Of a DNA stretch of 64,000 nucleotides, positions 1 to 11,086 are shown in pieces. Source of the stretch: Macrostomum lignano (lineage: Eukaryota); the NCBI GenBank assembly GCA_002269645.1, contig NIVC01000716.1, forward strand, positions 393,426 through 457,425. Direction: 5' to 3'. Below the pieces are notes generated by a model that saw only the letters and a program-made list of their open reading frames with translations, was not told the DNA's origin and did no database searches. The position numbers were made by a program, and so were the translations under genes. The stretch's first letter is position 1; every line of letters begins with the position of its first letter.

Positions 1-3000
1 GCCCGCTCGCGCACGATGGCGTAGCGAATAATGTAGCGGTCGCGCACGCTGGCGGGCATGAGGTGCAGGTCACGTGATTGGTTAATCCGGCACACCAGCA
101 GCCGGCTGAGGGCGTCACTGTCCTGCAGGAGTATTATTTCATACGTATAGATGGAAGCCAACTGAGAATCCCACAAGTTAAAATGCGCAAATAAGTAGAA
201 ATAAGTAGTAGATTCCCACCCGAAATCGGAAGCACACTAGCGAGAAGCGAGTCTTGGCGGCCAGCTGAAATCTCCCATCCTTCAGAAGCTGGGACTCAAA
301 GCTCTGTGCAAGTCGGCAGTGCTGGAAGGAAGAGATAAAGAACAGCGACTTTAAAAGCTAATTAGCTATTGTTTGTGCATGCATGCCACCATGAACAGTC
401 ATTTGTGTTCATGGTAGCATACCACTAGGCTCACCAGTCTGATGTGCCGCTGCAGCCCCTCGACACCGTACAGTCGAATCACAAACCAGAGCTTGAGTGA
501 GCGAAATCGTCGACTTAACGGGATGCCCCAGTCTTTAAGGTCGCAGATCTGCTCTGAGAAATCCGCAAGTCTATGCATGGTTAGTTCAAGCTAAAAACCC
601 AAGTATGACTTTAATTATATATTTTTCTTTTAAAATATATACTTTAGACTCATGAAAAATTTTAAGTTAGCTCTAAAGCTGTAGTATCCATAAGCCGGAA
701 GGCATATTATTAGCATATAAAGCACGCATGGAAAAATGACAGCGAGGACTGTATTAATCCGAGTGTAGAAGGTTTAACACTAGGAATCAAAAACCAGGGG
801 AGATTCCTCCCTGACAATTTTTGCTTCACCAGAACGGAGCAACGCAGGTACACGAAATTCAAGAACGACTAATTGGCTAATTGGCTAATTGGCGCACAGG
901 GGTGAATTGAAGACACCAGCGCTTATGGTAAAAGTCGGAGCTTCTGGCAGAGTTGTTGAATTTCTCCCACGGTTTGAAAGTCTGGCGACTTGATTCTTGT
1001 TCGCGAAGGTGCGCAACAAAACAATTAGTCTGTGTTCTTAAATTTCGCGTGCCTGCATGGCTGCGCTGCTCCGTTCTGGCGCAGCAAATTTTCAGGGGTC
1101 AAGGTGCTAGATTTACTGTTACGAGCATAAAATGCATTCCTTTTAACAATAAAATCAGAAATATTAAAGGACTCTCAAAGAAACCAGTCAATGATGTTTT
1201 ATGCATGCAGTTTTATGTTGTTGTCCAGCATGGCTTTTCAGTCTCACCTTAATGAGCAAAAACTCACCCAGTGGATTCGAAATCGGAGCGTCATCGACCG
1301 GAATCGATGCCCGAGGACCGGAAACAAAGGCGTCCTTCAGCTTGGATTGACTTTTAACCCTGTGAGTGTGTGCAGAAGTGGTGCTGTCTATTAGATAGTT
1401 ACTCTACAGATCGCATATTACTGGTTACTCTTATTTTTTACTACAAAAAATTGGTTTCCCACTCACCAGAGTACGCTGGCGTCGAAAGTGCACAGCAGCC
1501 ATTTGCTCGGATTGAAGTTGAACGAGTCGACTAACTGGAATGCCGAAAATAGATTCATAATATTCAAGCTGCTGGGTTTATAGTGCAACATCTGATCATA
1601 TGTTATGAATGGCTACTATGCTCATAAAATACAAATATCAAAAACCTCAATGCCTTGTAAGAGCGGACGGAACTCCGGGCACACCAGGGCGCCACCGGAG
1701 TACGCGGCGTCAACGTGGCACCAGAGCTGCTCGCGATGACAAACTGCGCCGACATCGCTCAGGTTGTCGCAAGAAGCGCAGGCTGTGGTGCCGAGGACAG
1801 CGCATACCTGAGAAAGCATGGATAGCGTGGGTGTGAAGATGCCATGTTGGAATGCGTGAGTTGCCTAGTTGCTCTTTTAGTGTGGTCGCTACTCAATTAA
1901 GTCGTTGAGTAATCAAAAGTCAATATGTCTAGATTCTGAGTACTTTATGACATTTTTCATTGTTAATTAGGGCTCAATTGATCTCGCATAAAATTTAAAT
2001 GAATAGATAGGTAGAGACCCAAGGGGTAGAGAAAACGGACCAAATATGTACCGTAGGTTACTGTCAGAGGAAGAATGACGATGAACGAGATTAGAAGGAA
2101 ACAGACAACATCCTCTCAAGCAAGCACTGAGCGCAACTGCGCCAGCTCACGTAAAATGGCACCAGGCCGAGCTGCCGGTCCTCCAGTACCGCAGATTCAA
2201 GCAGGTCGCATCGCAGGGCCAGATTTTCGTCGTCGTAGCCGAGCCGGCGCAGCCGGACTCCGCAGATCACGGCCGCTTTGTCAACGCACGGGTGCGCCAG
2301 CTGGGAGCAGTAAGCCACCAGCCGCGACACCGGCAGCGGCTCAGCATCCTTGCCGATGAGCTGCGTCAGCTTCTCCTTGCGAGCGGCGAGCATGCTGACC
2401 AGGACGCAGTCACTCGCTGAGCCCTACGCGGTGTTCGAGGGACATAAGTTTTATCGAATATTCTGCTGATTAAATATTCAAGTTTTACTTCTTTTCTTAA
2501 CTGTTTGAGAGACAATTATTCGAAACTACATGTATCATTATTTGAGCCTAAAATACTAAAAAAGTTTTCGTGTAGTGTAGTGTAAAACCTAAAGGCGAAA
2601 GTATGCTACACCTGATGACACCAACTTGCCACTCATGCCTGATCTGAGCCTGGACTCGCAAAGCTGCGGTTTTCTTTGCCTATGCGGCTCTGCTTATATC
2701 ACGTGACTTGGACAGACAACTACGGAACTATCTTCTTAGGACGTTGATAAACTTTCTTTCACTTTTCGAAGCAAACTGCATCAGGATTTGAGGCTTAAGG
2801 CCAGCTTTTACACAGGCAGTCTTGGATGCTGACTACAGCCCACCCGCACGGCTTGGGTTCGAATACCAGGCAGCACGGCCAGCCATTGTAAGCCGACTTT
2901 CCCGGCAGCAGGGTGCCTGAGTCACAGGCATCGTGAGGCATGTAAGCTTGTCTCTAATCTAATCGGCCGGAATCAATCGCATAAACTACTCCAAGAAATG

Positions 3001-3589
3001 CCAAGCCAAACCTGCAGCGCTCCACCGCCAATGCCGCTGTCATTGCGGAAGTGCGCCGGCATGCCCATCATCTCCGCTAGCCAGTCGAGCATCAAGCGCT
3101 CCAGCTCGGTTAGAGCCGGGTTCGAGCGCCAGGTGAAACCGACCCCAAAGCTGGAGGAGAGCAGGTCGCCAAGGACTGAGGCGTAGCTGATTCCGATCGG
3201 GAAGTAGGCGTTGAAGTCAGGGTGGAGCCAGTGAGCAGTCTGAGGGCAGAAAGTGTTAGCGGTCATGCGGTGGAAATTACGAGCTAAAATCAAGGCCACC
3301 CCAAAAATGACTGTCCGCTAACTGAATGGTAGTGAGTGGGAGTGAGGCGGAGCGCCATAAGTTTAAAAGATGTGCGTCATACCCCGCTGAGTATGTGCTC
3401 CTCCACGTCGCTCATGACCCGCTCCCAGGTCTCTGGCTGGTCCGGCGGTCTCAGGGGCAGCCTTTGCCGAAGATACCCAGGCAGCACTCGAGGCATCGCC
3501 TCCCGCCTGTTGCCATTCAAACTCTCGATGTAGTCGGCAATAAAATCAATCAGCTGCTTGCCGCATCGGCGAAATTCTGCGGCATCCAT
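1..3589 (-). CDS. Group II PLP-dependent decarboxylase (aromatic L-amino-acid/tyrosine/histidine decarboxylase family), 10 exons in window, 3' end beyond position 1
   Basis: Exons 3589-3383, 3239-3012, 2423-2151, 1807-1646, 1534-1467, 1359-1268, 553-435, 321-220, 122-1 join in frame at GT-AG sites. Motifs: [57 protein letters not shown]-lysine motif [32 protein letters not shown]. Confidence 0.95.
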
Positions 3590-3805
3590 TGCGTCAAGTT
3601 GCAGCTCTATGCATCGGCAAAAGAGGAATAAATGCTTTCTGCTTCGTTTTGCTTGGCTTATTAATCCCTCTTGTAGTCTATGGCAGAGGAACTGGGCTCC
3701 GGCTTCTATTTTATTATTAGAACATTGCAAGTGCAAACGTACTCAACGGAAGTTATAGTAAATGAGTTTTGGTGTAAAATGTTGAGCTAATTGAATTAAT
3801 TTTCA

Positions 3806-4181
<376 letters not shown>

Positions 4182-4801
4182 ACCGTAGACAGCCTATCAA
4201 AGTAATTTATCGCAGAAGTTTATGTTTTTAGATCAGTTCTTTAAAAGGAACAAAGAGGGATTCTAAAAACTTAGTTTGTAGCATAGATATTATATTCCCT
4301 AGATAGGCAACTTTGTATTGTGGCAATAGGGAAAGCGCGACCGCTGTTTTTCGTCACTTGTGCAAAAAAAGCCGACATGGGTTGCTTTAATTTTGAGTTC
4401 ACTAGCTTAGGGACATAAACACTCTTTTGAGAATTTGATACAACTCTCAGGAAGTTAAATAAAAAGCTACTCAATAAAACAAATAAGGATGCATGAACTG
4501 CAGAGACTACTGACCAAATTGAGTTCAGTAGTTGATTTTTGCGCTGTCGCGAGTTTGCAGAATTTCTGACACGGGCTTCTACAGCCTCACAAGTGGTTAA
4601 TGAGTGACCCATCTTGTGTAATGTGATCTGTGGCTTGCAGTTCCTGGTACGTATAACTGAGTGCTTATCTGTCTATGGTAAAATCTGTCAAGGAAGAGCG
4701 CTGAGTAGAAAGTTTTGCTGGTCAGCCGGCGTCAACTCTTGCCCCATCCTCAGGTTATGTCGAAATACGAGTAAAGCTCTCCCTCGGCAGCTTAGAGACG
4801 G

Positions 4802-7800
4802 ATGGAAGCCCCCGACGTATCGAAACCGCGACTGCTGCAAAAGCCGAACGATTCGCAGCGCTCCGATGGCTCATTGTCCAAGAGCACACGGTCTGCTACG
4901 AAGCCGTTGCGGCGGAGCCAGCGGGACCTCAGCGACACGACGGACGATGAAATTGACGACCTGCCCAGCAAGGAATTGCGGCGGACCCGGCGGGCGGACC
5001 GGTCCGGCTCCAGCGAGTCGGTGAAAAGTGAGAGACGTTTGCAGCTTTCGGAGACTGTGGGCTCTGTGGTGTTAAATTGAATGTTGAATTAGTTCTGCTT
5101 GAAGTTGGAGTTTCTTCATGAGCAGCTCAGCGATGAGAGACGGATGTTCGATAAAGGTTTAAATATACGAGTAAGCAAGGACCGCACAACTGAGGGAAAA
5201 TAAGACAACGAAAGACATTCAAGTACGAGTACTTCAACTGATTTCAGGGTCTTCTTCTTTTCTTCTGATTCTTTACTTCTTAAAAATCATCCAGTCAGTC
5301 TATAATTGAGTTTTCTTTCAAATTCACAATTTTATAAATTTTCAAGCTTGGCATTCTAGTATGGGACGCATATGAATATCGCGAGTATTTGGTACCCTTT
5401 CGCAAGGAAACTCGGTGATAGTGCCTGACGCACTCGGCAACCAGATGCCTAGTGATGATTACCGTATCCAGTTTTTCAAGGAGCTGGACTACTGCAGCCT
5501 GCTGCAGATGCAGCCGGTGACGCGCGAGCTGCTCTCCGGATGCAGCGGCGTTAACGGGAAACTCAGCGCCACTGGGGACGATGCTTACAAGCAGAACAAG
5601 GTAGAGTTCACTACCAGGTGAGTCACTGCTTTTGAATCGGCAGGGGTGTTTTAGGTGCCATAGTTATTGATTGGGTTTCCCGAGCTGCTCTAACGCTCGT
5701 ATCTACTCAAATAGAATTTGTAGAGAGCTGGCACGAACTAGAGTAGAGGTTGAGAGAGTTTCCATGGGCGGTAAAACGACATGCAAGGCTTTATTGTCCT
5801 ATTACCTCAAAGCATGTCAATTTACAGCAATTTTTGGAAGCAGCTGCTATGCGAAACCAGAAAAGCGTCAGCTTTAAAAGTGCACGGTCTGGAAATAGCT
5901 TCTTACCGCGAAACCATCTTTTTCGCATGAGCGCACTCCAAGTCCAGTTCATTCTAGTCTTTCAACGCAATCCCTCAGGCCGACTCGCAGTCAGCACCGG
6001 TTCAGCCGGGTGCGGCCGCTGCACGTGTGTGCAGAGCACAGCTTTGTCTGCTTTCGCTACAACGGAGACCTGGTGGCAGCGACGCCGAACTCCGTACTGG
6101 TGTACGACAGGCCGCCGGCCGCTTGCGAGCTGAGCTACAAGGAGCTTCTGTACAGCATCCCGATCAGCGGGGTGAGCATGGCGGCTGACCTCAGCCAGAG
6201 CCGCATCCTGGTGCTGCGGCAGGGCAGTTATATGGCTTCTGATGAGGTTTGTCTGCAGCCACCTATGTAATAAATTTTCTTTAATTGGGATTTGCAGAGG
6301 AGGTGCGCGATAAAACAGAAAAAAAATTATCAGAGACTTTGAGAACGACTGTTTATACTAGCACAAAAACAGTGCTGCATCGTCTTGCTTAGCTTAGGGT
6401 TCATGGTCCTAAAGACAAATGGATTTGGGAGATTTCGATTGCCCTAAAAGCGTCCTTTATCAATGAGTAGCAGCCGAAAAACGATGGCTCCTTTCGCCCT
6501 CCCATCAGCGAGCGGCAGACGAGCTGCTGATGGCAGAAGTGGCCACAGGCGACACCCAGTTGATGGCGAAGATCGCCCTGCCTCAGTATTCGATACTGCG
6601 CAGCAAGTCCGACGACCACCTGCTGATGCGGGAGACGGCCTGCAGGCGAGGTGAAGCCACAAAAAAAGACTTGTTTCTTGCACGAGCTACCAATTTTTTT
6701 ACTTGTGAGAGTATTGTAAAAGAGAATAACACGTTTCTTTCTTTTTTACAGAAGTTACTAGTCATAAGGCATACCTAGACTGTAGATCATACCAAACTTA
6801 TTTTGCGTGTTAACTAATCAAGAAATTTTAACTTCAAAGTACACCAGCTTAGTTCTGGACAGTCTGTCTTATTCGCGCCTTGCGAGTGCTCGAGACTGAG
6901 ATTTAGTATGAAAAAGAAACAAAGTCAATTAATGAAATTACATGTAGACAACAAAAGCCCATTAAAAGCAGGGCAGGCACCGGTTCTCCAGACTATCGAG
7001 CAGTTTAGTTATCAGCAGTTTACTGTTCAAACATGCAAAACGGTTTCCAGATGGGGCCGAGTGCCGCGGAATGCAATTCAACCAGACTGAACACAAAGTT
7101 TATCTGCTTTACGAGCACCACCTGCTGGTTATTGACCTGGACATGCAACTGGAGCCATTGGTGATCCGGCTGAACTGTCAGAGCAGCTATGTGAGTTTTT
7201 GAATTTGCTCATTCTTAGCAGATAAAAAAGTGTTGGTACTATAAAACCAATCCACATGCAGTTGAACTTAGCGATTGCGGTCAAGGAAGGCCGGTTCACA
7301 TTACCGCCAGCACGAGCTCGTTGCTCCAAAGATTGCTCAAATCAAATTTAATGTTTGTCTGAACCAACTGTACATTGATTTGACCTTGGTAAAACTGGAC
7401 CTTCAAGGCTGATTCACATTACCCCAGTAGCTCTTGCTCAAATTGCTCAAATCCTTTTTAAACCCTTTTGCTCAAAACCCTTTTTAAACTGATTTGTTTG
7501 TTTGAGCAATTTTTTTACCTGCATAGTTACTATCGGCAGTGTGAACTTTTAGAGCCGGTTAATGGTAAATTTTCACTCAACAGCTTCAACTCCACTGTGT
7601 ACGCAGCAGTTTGAAGCCAGATCAGAACTCAGAGAAGTTAGAAGGCTTAAGCTCCGGCGTACACAGTGAAAGGGTTGAAGTTATTGCAGTAAAGCAATGA
7701 ATGCACACTAATGTACACATTAAATATTGAGTGGCTGAGAGAATTGCAGCTTGAGAAATACTAAGCTTGAGACTGGGTTACAACATACTTTCCGCGACAC

Positions 7801-10800
7801 CATAGAACTTTCTCCCTACGACCTCCGAAAATCTCGGTGGCCCTGCCGTCGCCCTGATGGAATTCGACCACGCAGTTTATGTGCTGACGGCTGGGTCGCT
7901 GCTCCTCGCCTCCAACAAGACCAGTCTGTTCAGCCCTAGCCCAAGCGCCTGCTGCCTGCCGGTGCTGCAGCGACTCGACGACCGCCTGGCAGCTGGAGAA
8001 ATTCGCAGCTGCGTGGTGGACCGGCGCCAGGCCACAGCTTTTTTCAGCGTGCCGCACGGCTGCAAGCTGATCAGCCTGGCCTTCCCTGTGCCTCCGAGTG
8101 ACAGTGAGGCGGCCAGCGCTGCCACCTCGGGCTGCCCGGTGCTGCAGGAACGCCTGTACGCTGTTGCGAGCTGCTCTGATGGGGCCGCGGCTGTGCCATG
8201 TAAGACATCCCGTGGTTAAGATCATGATACTCAGTGGTGTGGTGTATCGCCTAACGCTAAAGGCCTTCATAACTTGTGGTGAAGATGAGCTGAAGCTGAC
8301 CGATGTGAAATGTTGTGATAAAAATGCCGTGATTCAATAAAAGAACACGGAGAAAACGAGTATTGCGCGAGCAATTAAGAGGAATAATTTGATCCGTAAT
8401 TTATTATTTACTCAAAAATTCTATGCCAATGCATTTTGACCAGTTCGGTCATCTTCAGGGCAGCTTTTGAAGATAGACAGCAAGTTATATTCGTACATGT
8501 ATTTAATAACAACACGATTTACAGTATAATTTGTGCAACAAAGGGTCAGGCTTAGGTAGAAGAAGGGGCAGAGAGAGAGAATAGGGTGTAGTAGTCTACA
8601 ACCCTACCCAGAACACGTTGAGTTAATGGCTGGCACCCCCTATAGCTGACTGACAGTTCAAATTAGGCTTCTGAGCTTGAACTGTTCAAAAGAGTCTCAG
8701 CGTTCAGCTCTGGATCACTTTTTTGCACTGTGTTGTCTCAGGATGTCTGCAGCTTGAAGTCCCGTTTCCCTCTACCGCTTACTGCAGGTGTCGTTAATAA
8801 GTTTCAGTGCTCTGAAGAGCAGAGTCTCCTATATAGTGAAAATCAAGCGACACCTGCACACTAGGACTAAGGAGCATTGGACTATGAGTAAAAGATCAGC
8901 AATCCAAGAACACCTGCTCACTCACGTGTGATTCATGAGAACGTTCGCAATTTCTATGATCCAATAACTTCATTCCCCAAAACTCTAGCTGAGAAATAGA
9001 TTTCAAAAACCTTTTCTATTATTTAAGAGCTCATATCGGATGCCGATCTGAAGTTCTTAAATGTTACAACTGGACTGGTTTGTGCGGCGAAAGTGCACAA
9101 ACCGGCTTTAGTGCCCAGCGCGTTGATTGTACATCGCCGCCTGCCCCCCCCCCCTTGGGTGGCAGGGGTGTTTTTAAACCCCCGTCGCGCTCTACTGGCG
9201 GCTCACTTTGCCTTCTCGCAGTGAATTTTTTATTTTTGCTGACGCCGCGTCTCGGCTGCACGAGGGCAGTCAGTTGTTGAATTTTTTGCTGCGCTTTTAT
9301 GGCTCATTGATGCGTCTCACCAATTGCTCGCTTTCCCGGCACACGCTTTCTGCTGCCACATCCGCTTTTCTCCGTTTTCAGGTCGCCAGACTGCGCCAGA
9401 CCACCTCAGCCACCGAGCCCGTGAACTACTCGGTTCCTCCTACGCGGCCCGCTCGAAAAGCGCCATCAGCTCACACGTGCGGTCCTGGCGCGCGTACTGC
9501 TCAGCCAAGGGACTCGACCCCGCCGGGTGTACTGTGTCCACGCTGCTAAACTACCTGGCTGGCCTCACGGGCACGCGCCTGCGAGCCTACAGTAGCGTTC
9601 GCGGTCATGTCAGCTCGCTTTCACTGTGGTTTCGGCTGAACGGCGCTCAGGACCTGACGAAGCACACCCTCACCCAGCATCTGCTGCGGGGCTGCAAGCG
9701 AGCGCTGGGGCTTCAGGTCAACCAGAAGCTACCAATGTCTCCGTCGGTGCTGCAAAAGCTTTGGTCTCTGGTTGACAAGGGCGACAATCGGCAACTGGCC
9801 TGCTGGGCGGTCACCATCACTGCCTGGTGGGGAATGCTGCGAAAATCATCACTCCTTCTATCGTCGCCTCAGTTGGGTAGTGGGATGAAGGTGCAGAATC
9901 TGACACCTCACCGTTGCGGCCTCCTCTTAAGCGTGGACTTTGGCAAGACTATTCAGTTCCGTGATCGAGTCCACCACGTCCTGCTTCCGAAGTTCCCCGC
10001 CTGCCCCGCGCTCTGCCCGGTAGTGGCGATTCGCCGACATCTGTGTGTCAACAAGCTGGCGATGGCCGAGGCGCCACTCTGGTCCTTCATCGATCGCAAT
10101 GGACAGCGGCGCCATCTAGCTGCTCGGGACTTGGACCGGTTTCTTGACTCTAAGCTGCAGAGGGCTGGGTGTGGCGGCAAGCTCTACTCGGCTCACAGCC
10201 TGCGTCGAGGTGGAGCCACCTGGGCAGCTCGCATGGGCCTGCCGGTGGCGGAGATCCAGCGGATCGGCGACTGGAAGAGTTCGGCGGTGGAGCGCTACTT
10301 GCCCCGCTCGGGTGTTGCCACTGCTGCGGCCTCTCTGCATTTTTTTTCCGCCCTTAGTGCTCATTTTTGACGGTGGTCTTCCCGCTGATTTGTTTTTTGC
10401 TCAATGCCTAGCTGCTGCTCTTATCCCCCGTTGTGTTTGGCTTTGGAGGCCTGCTTCGTTTCTGTGCCAAGTTCGTGTTTTAATTGCCTTTGTTGCTGGA
10501 AGCACTAATGGACTGGTTTGTGCGGCGAAAGTGCACAAACCGGCTTTAGTGCCCAGCGCGTTGATTGTACATCGCCGCCTGCCCCCCCCTTGGGTGGCAG
10601 GGGTGTTTTTAAACCCCCGTCGCGCTCTACTGGCGGCTCACTTTGCCTTCTCGCAGTGAATTTTTTTTCTTTTTCGTGTTAAGTTTGCTTTAAGCCAAAT
10701 ATACTCGTAGATTGAAGTTCGAAACACTTTTTTATTGACGGAGGCCTGCTTCGTTTCTGTGCCAAGTTCGTGTTTTAATTGCCTTTGTTGCTGGAAGCAC

Positions 10801-11086
10801 TAATCAACACTTTCCTGCAGGTGCTATGGCTTGGGACCCCACCACTGAGCACCTGCTGGTGCTGGAGTGGGGCTCCGAGAACAACGGCGTCCTCATCACC
10901 GTGGATTTCTCACCCGACGATGGAATCAGCAGCTCCAGACCGGATCGAGAAACCCCGCAGTCCGAGGCGTGGTTGCTGCAGCGGACTTCCGAGAAGCTGC
11001 CCGTTGTGAAGACCTTTGGTCCGCAGGTGCTGAACCCGATGGCGCAGCGGCTGGGTCTGAAGATCTCAGGGGGTCATGCCTGCTGA
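4802..11086 (+). CDS. Uncharacterised multi-exon protein: charged, disordered N-terminus, then beta-strand-rich (possibly propeller-like) region
   Basis: Exons about 4802-5027, 5407-5617, 6042-6246, 6509-6650, ~6970-7190, 7806-8199, 10821-11086. GT-AG sites and phases are consistent except one unresolved junction (6650 to ~6970). No family recognised. Confidence 0.7.
7570..7809 (+). repeat. Dispersed interspersed repeat, related to 30005-30121
   Basis: CAGAACTCAGAGAAGTTAGAAGGCTTAAGCTCCGGCGTACACAGTG resembles the 30051-30099 segment. CTTTCCGCGACACCATAGAACT (7788-7809) matches 30100-30121 at 21/22. Confidence 0.6.
9071..9231 (+). repeat. Split direct repeat A1
   Basis: Matches 10509-10666; contains 9-bp inverted repeat GGTTTGTGC...GCACAAACC. 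Confidence 0.95.
9238..9320 (+). pseudogene. Probable C-terminal remnant of the RT-RNase H ORF (ADAASRL motif)
   Basis: GCT GAC GCC GCG TCT CGG CTG immediately after A1 resembles the AD-x-LSR motif that ends DIRS/Ngaro RNase H. Its frame overlaps the YR frame as in full-length elements. Confidence 0.55.
9324..10370 (+). CDS. Tyrosine recombinase (DIRS/Ngaro-type phage-integrase fold)
   Basis: 348-codon open frame with N-terminal binding-domain-like region (SHVRSWRAYC...LLNYLAGL). Catalytic residues are intact: R (GMLRKS), K (FGKTIQ), HSLRRG, W (GDWKS), Y (ERYL). No ATG near the 5' end; acceptor-like TTTTCTCCGTTTTCAG ends at 9381. Confidence 0.93.
   Translation: MLAFPAHAFCCHIRFSPFSGRQTAPDHLSHRARELLGSSYAARSKSAISSHVRSWRAYCSAKGLDPAGCTVSTLLNYLAGLTGTRLRAYSSVRGHVSSLSLWFRLNGAQDLTKHTLTQHLLRGCKRALGLQVNQKLPMSPSVLQKLWSLVDKGDNRQLACWAVTITAWWGMLRKSSLLLSSPQLGSGMKVQNLTPHRCGLLLSVDFGKTIQFRDRVHHVLLPKFPACPALCPVVAIRRHLCVNKLAMAEAPLWSFIDRNGQRRHLAARDLDRFLDSKLQRAGCGGKLYSAHSLRRGGATWAARMGLPVAEIQRIGDWKSSAVERYLPRSGVATAAASLHFFSALSAHF
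10445..10509 (+). repeat. Split direct repeat B1
   Basis: 65 bp identical to 10740-10804; abuts A2 and shares the T at 10509. Confidence 0.95.
10509..10666 (+). repeat. Split direct repeat A2
   Basis: Matches 9071-9231. Confidence 0.95.
10740..10804 (+). repeat. Split direct repeat B2
   Basis: Identical to 10445-10509; forms the right end of the element. Confidence 0.95.

Larger units (their letters stand above)
9071..10804 (+). mobile_element. Tyrosine-recombinase element with split direct repeats (Ngaro/TOC1-like architecture A1-YR-B1A2-spacer-B2), lacking gag and RT, 1,734 bp
   Basis: A1 9071-9231 equals A2 10509-10666 except for poly-C length (11 vs 8). B1 10445-10509 is identical to B2 10740-10804. 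73-bp unique spacer 10667-10739. Single YR ORF inside; CAAC on both flanks. Confidence 0.9.

Noticed and set aside
2815-2940. B-box-like GGGTTCGAATACC in a decarboxylase intron
   Set aside because: No clear A box, tail, TSD or second copy in the window; too weak to call.
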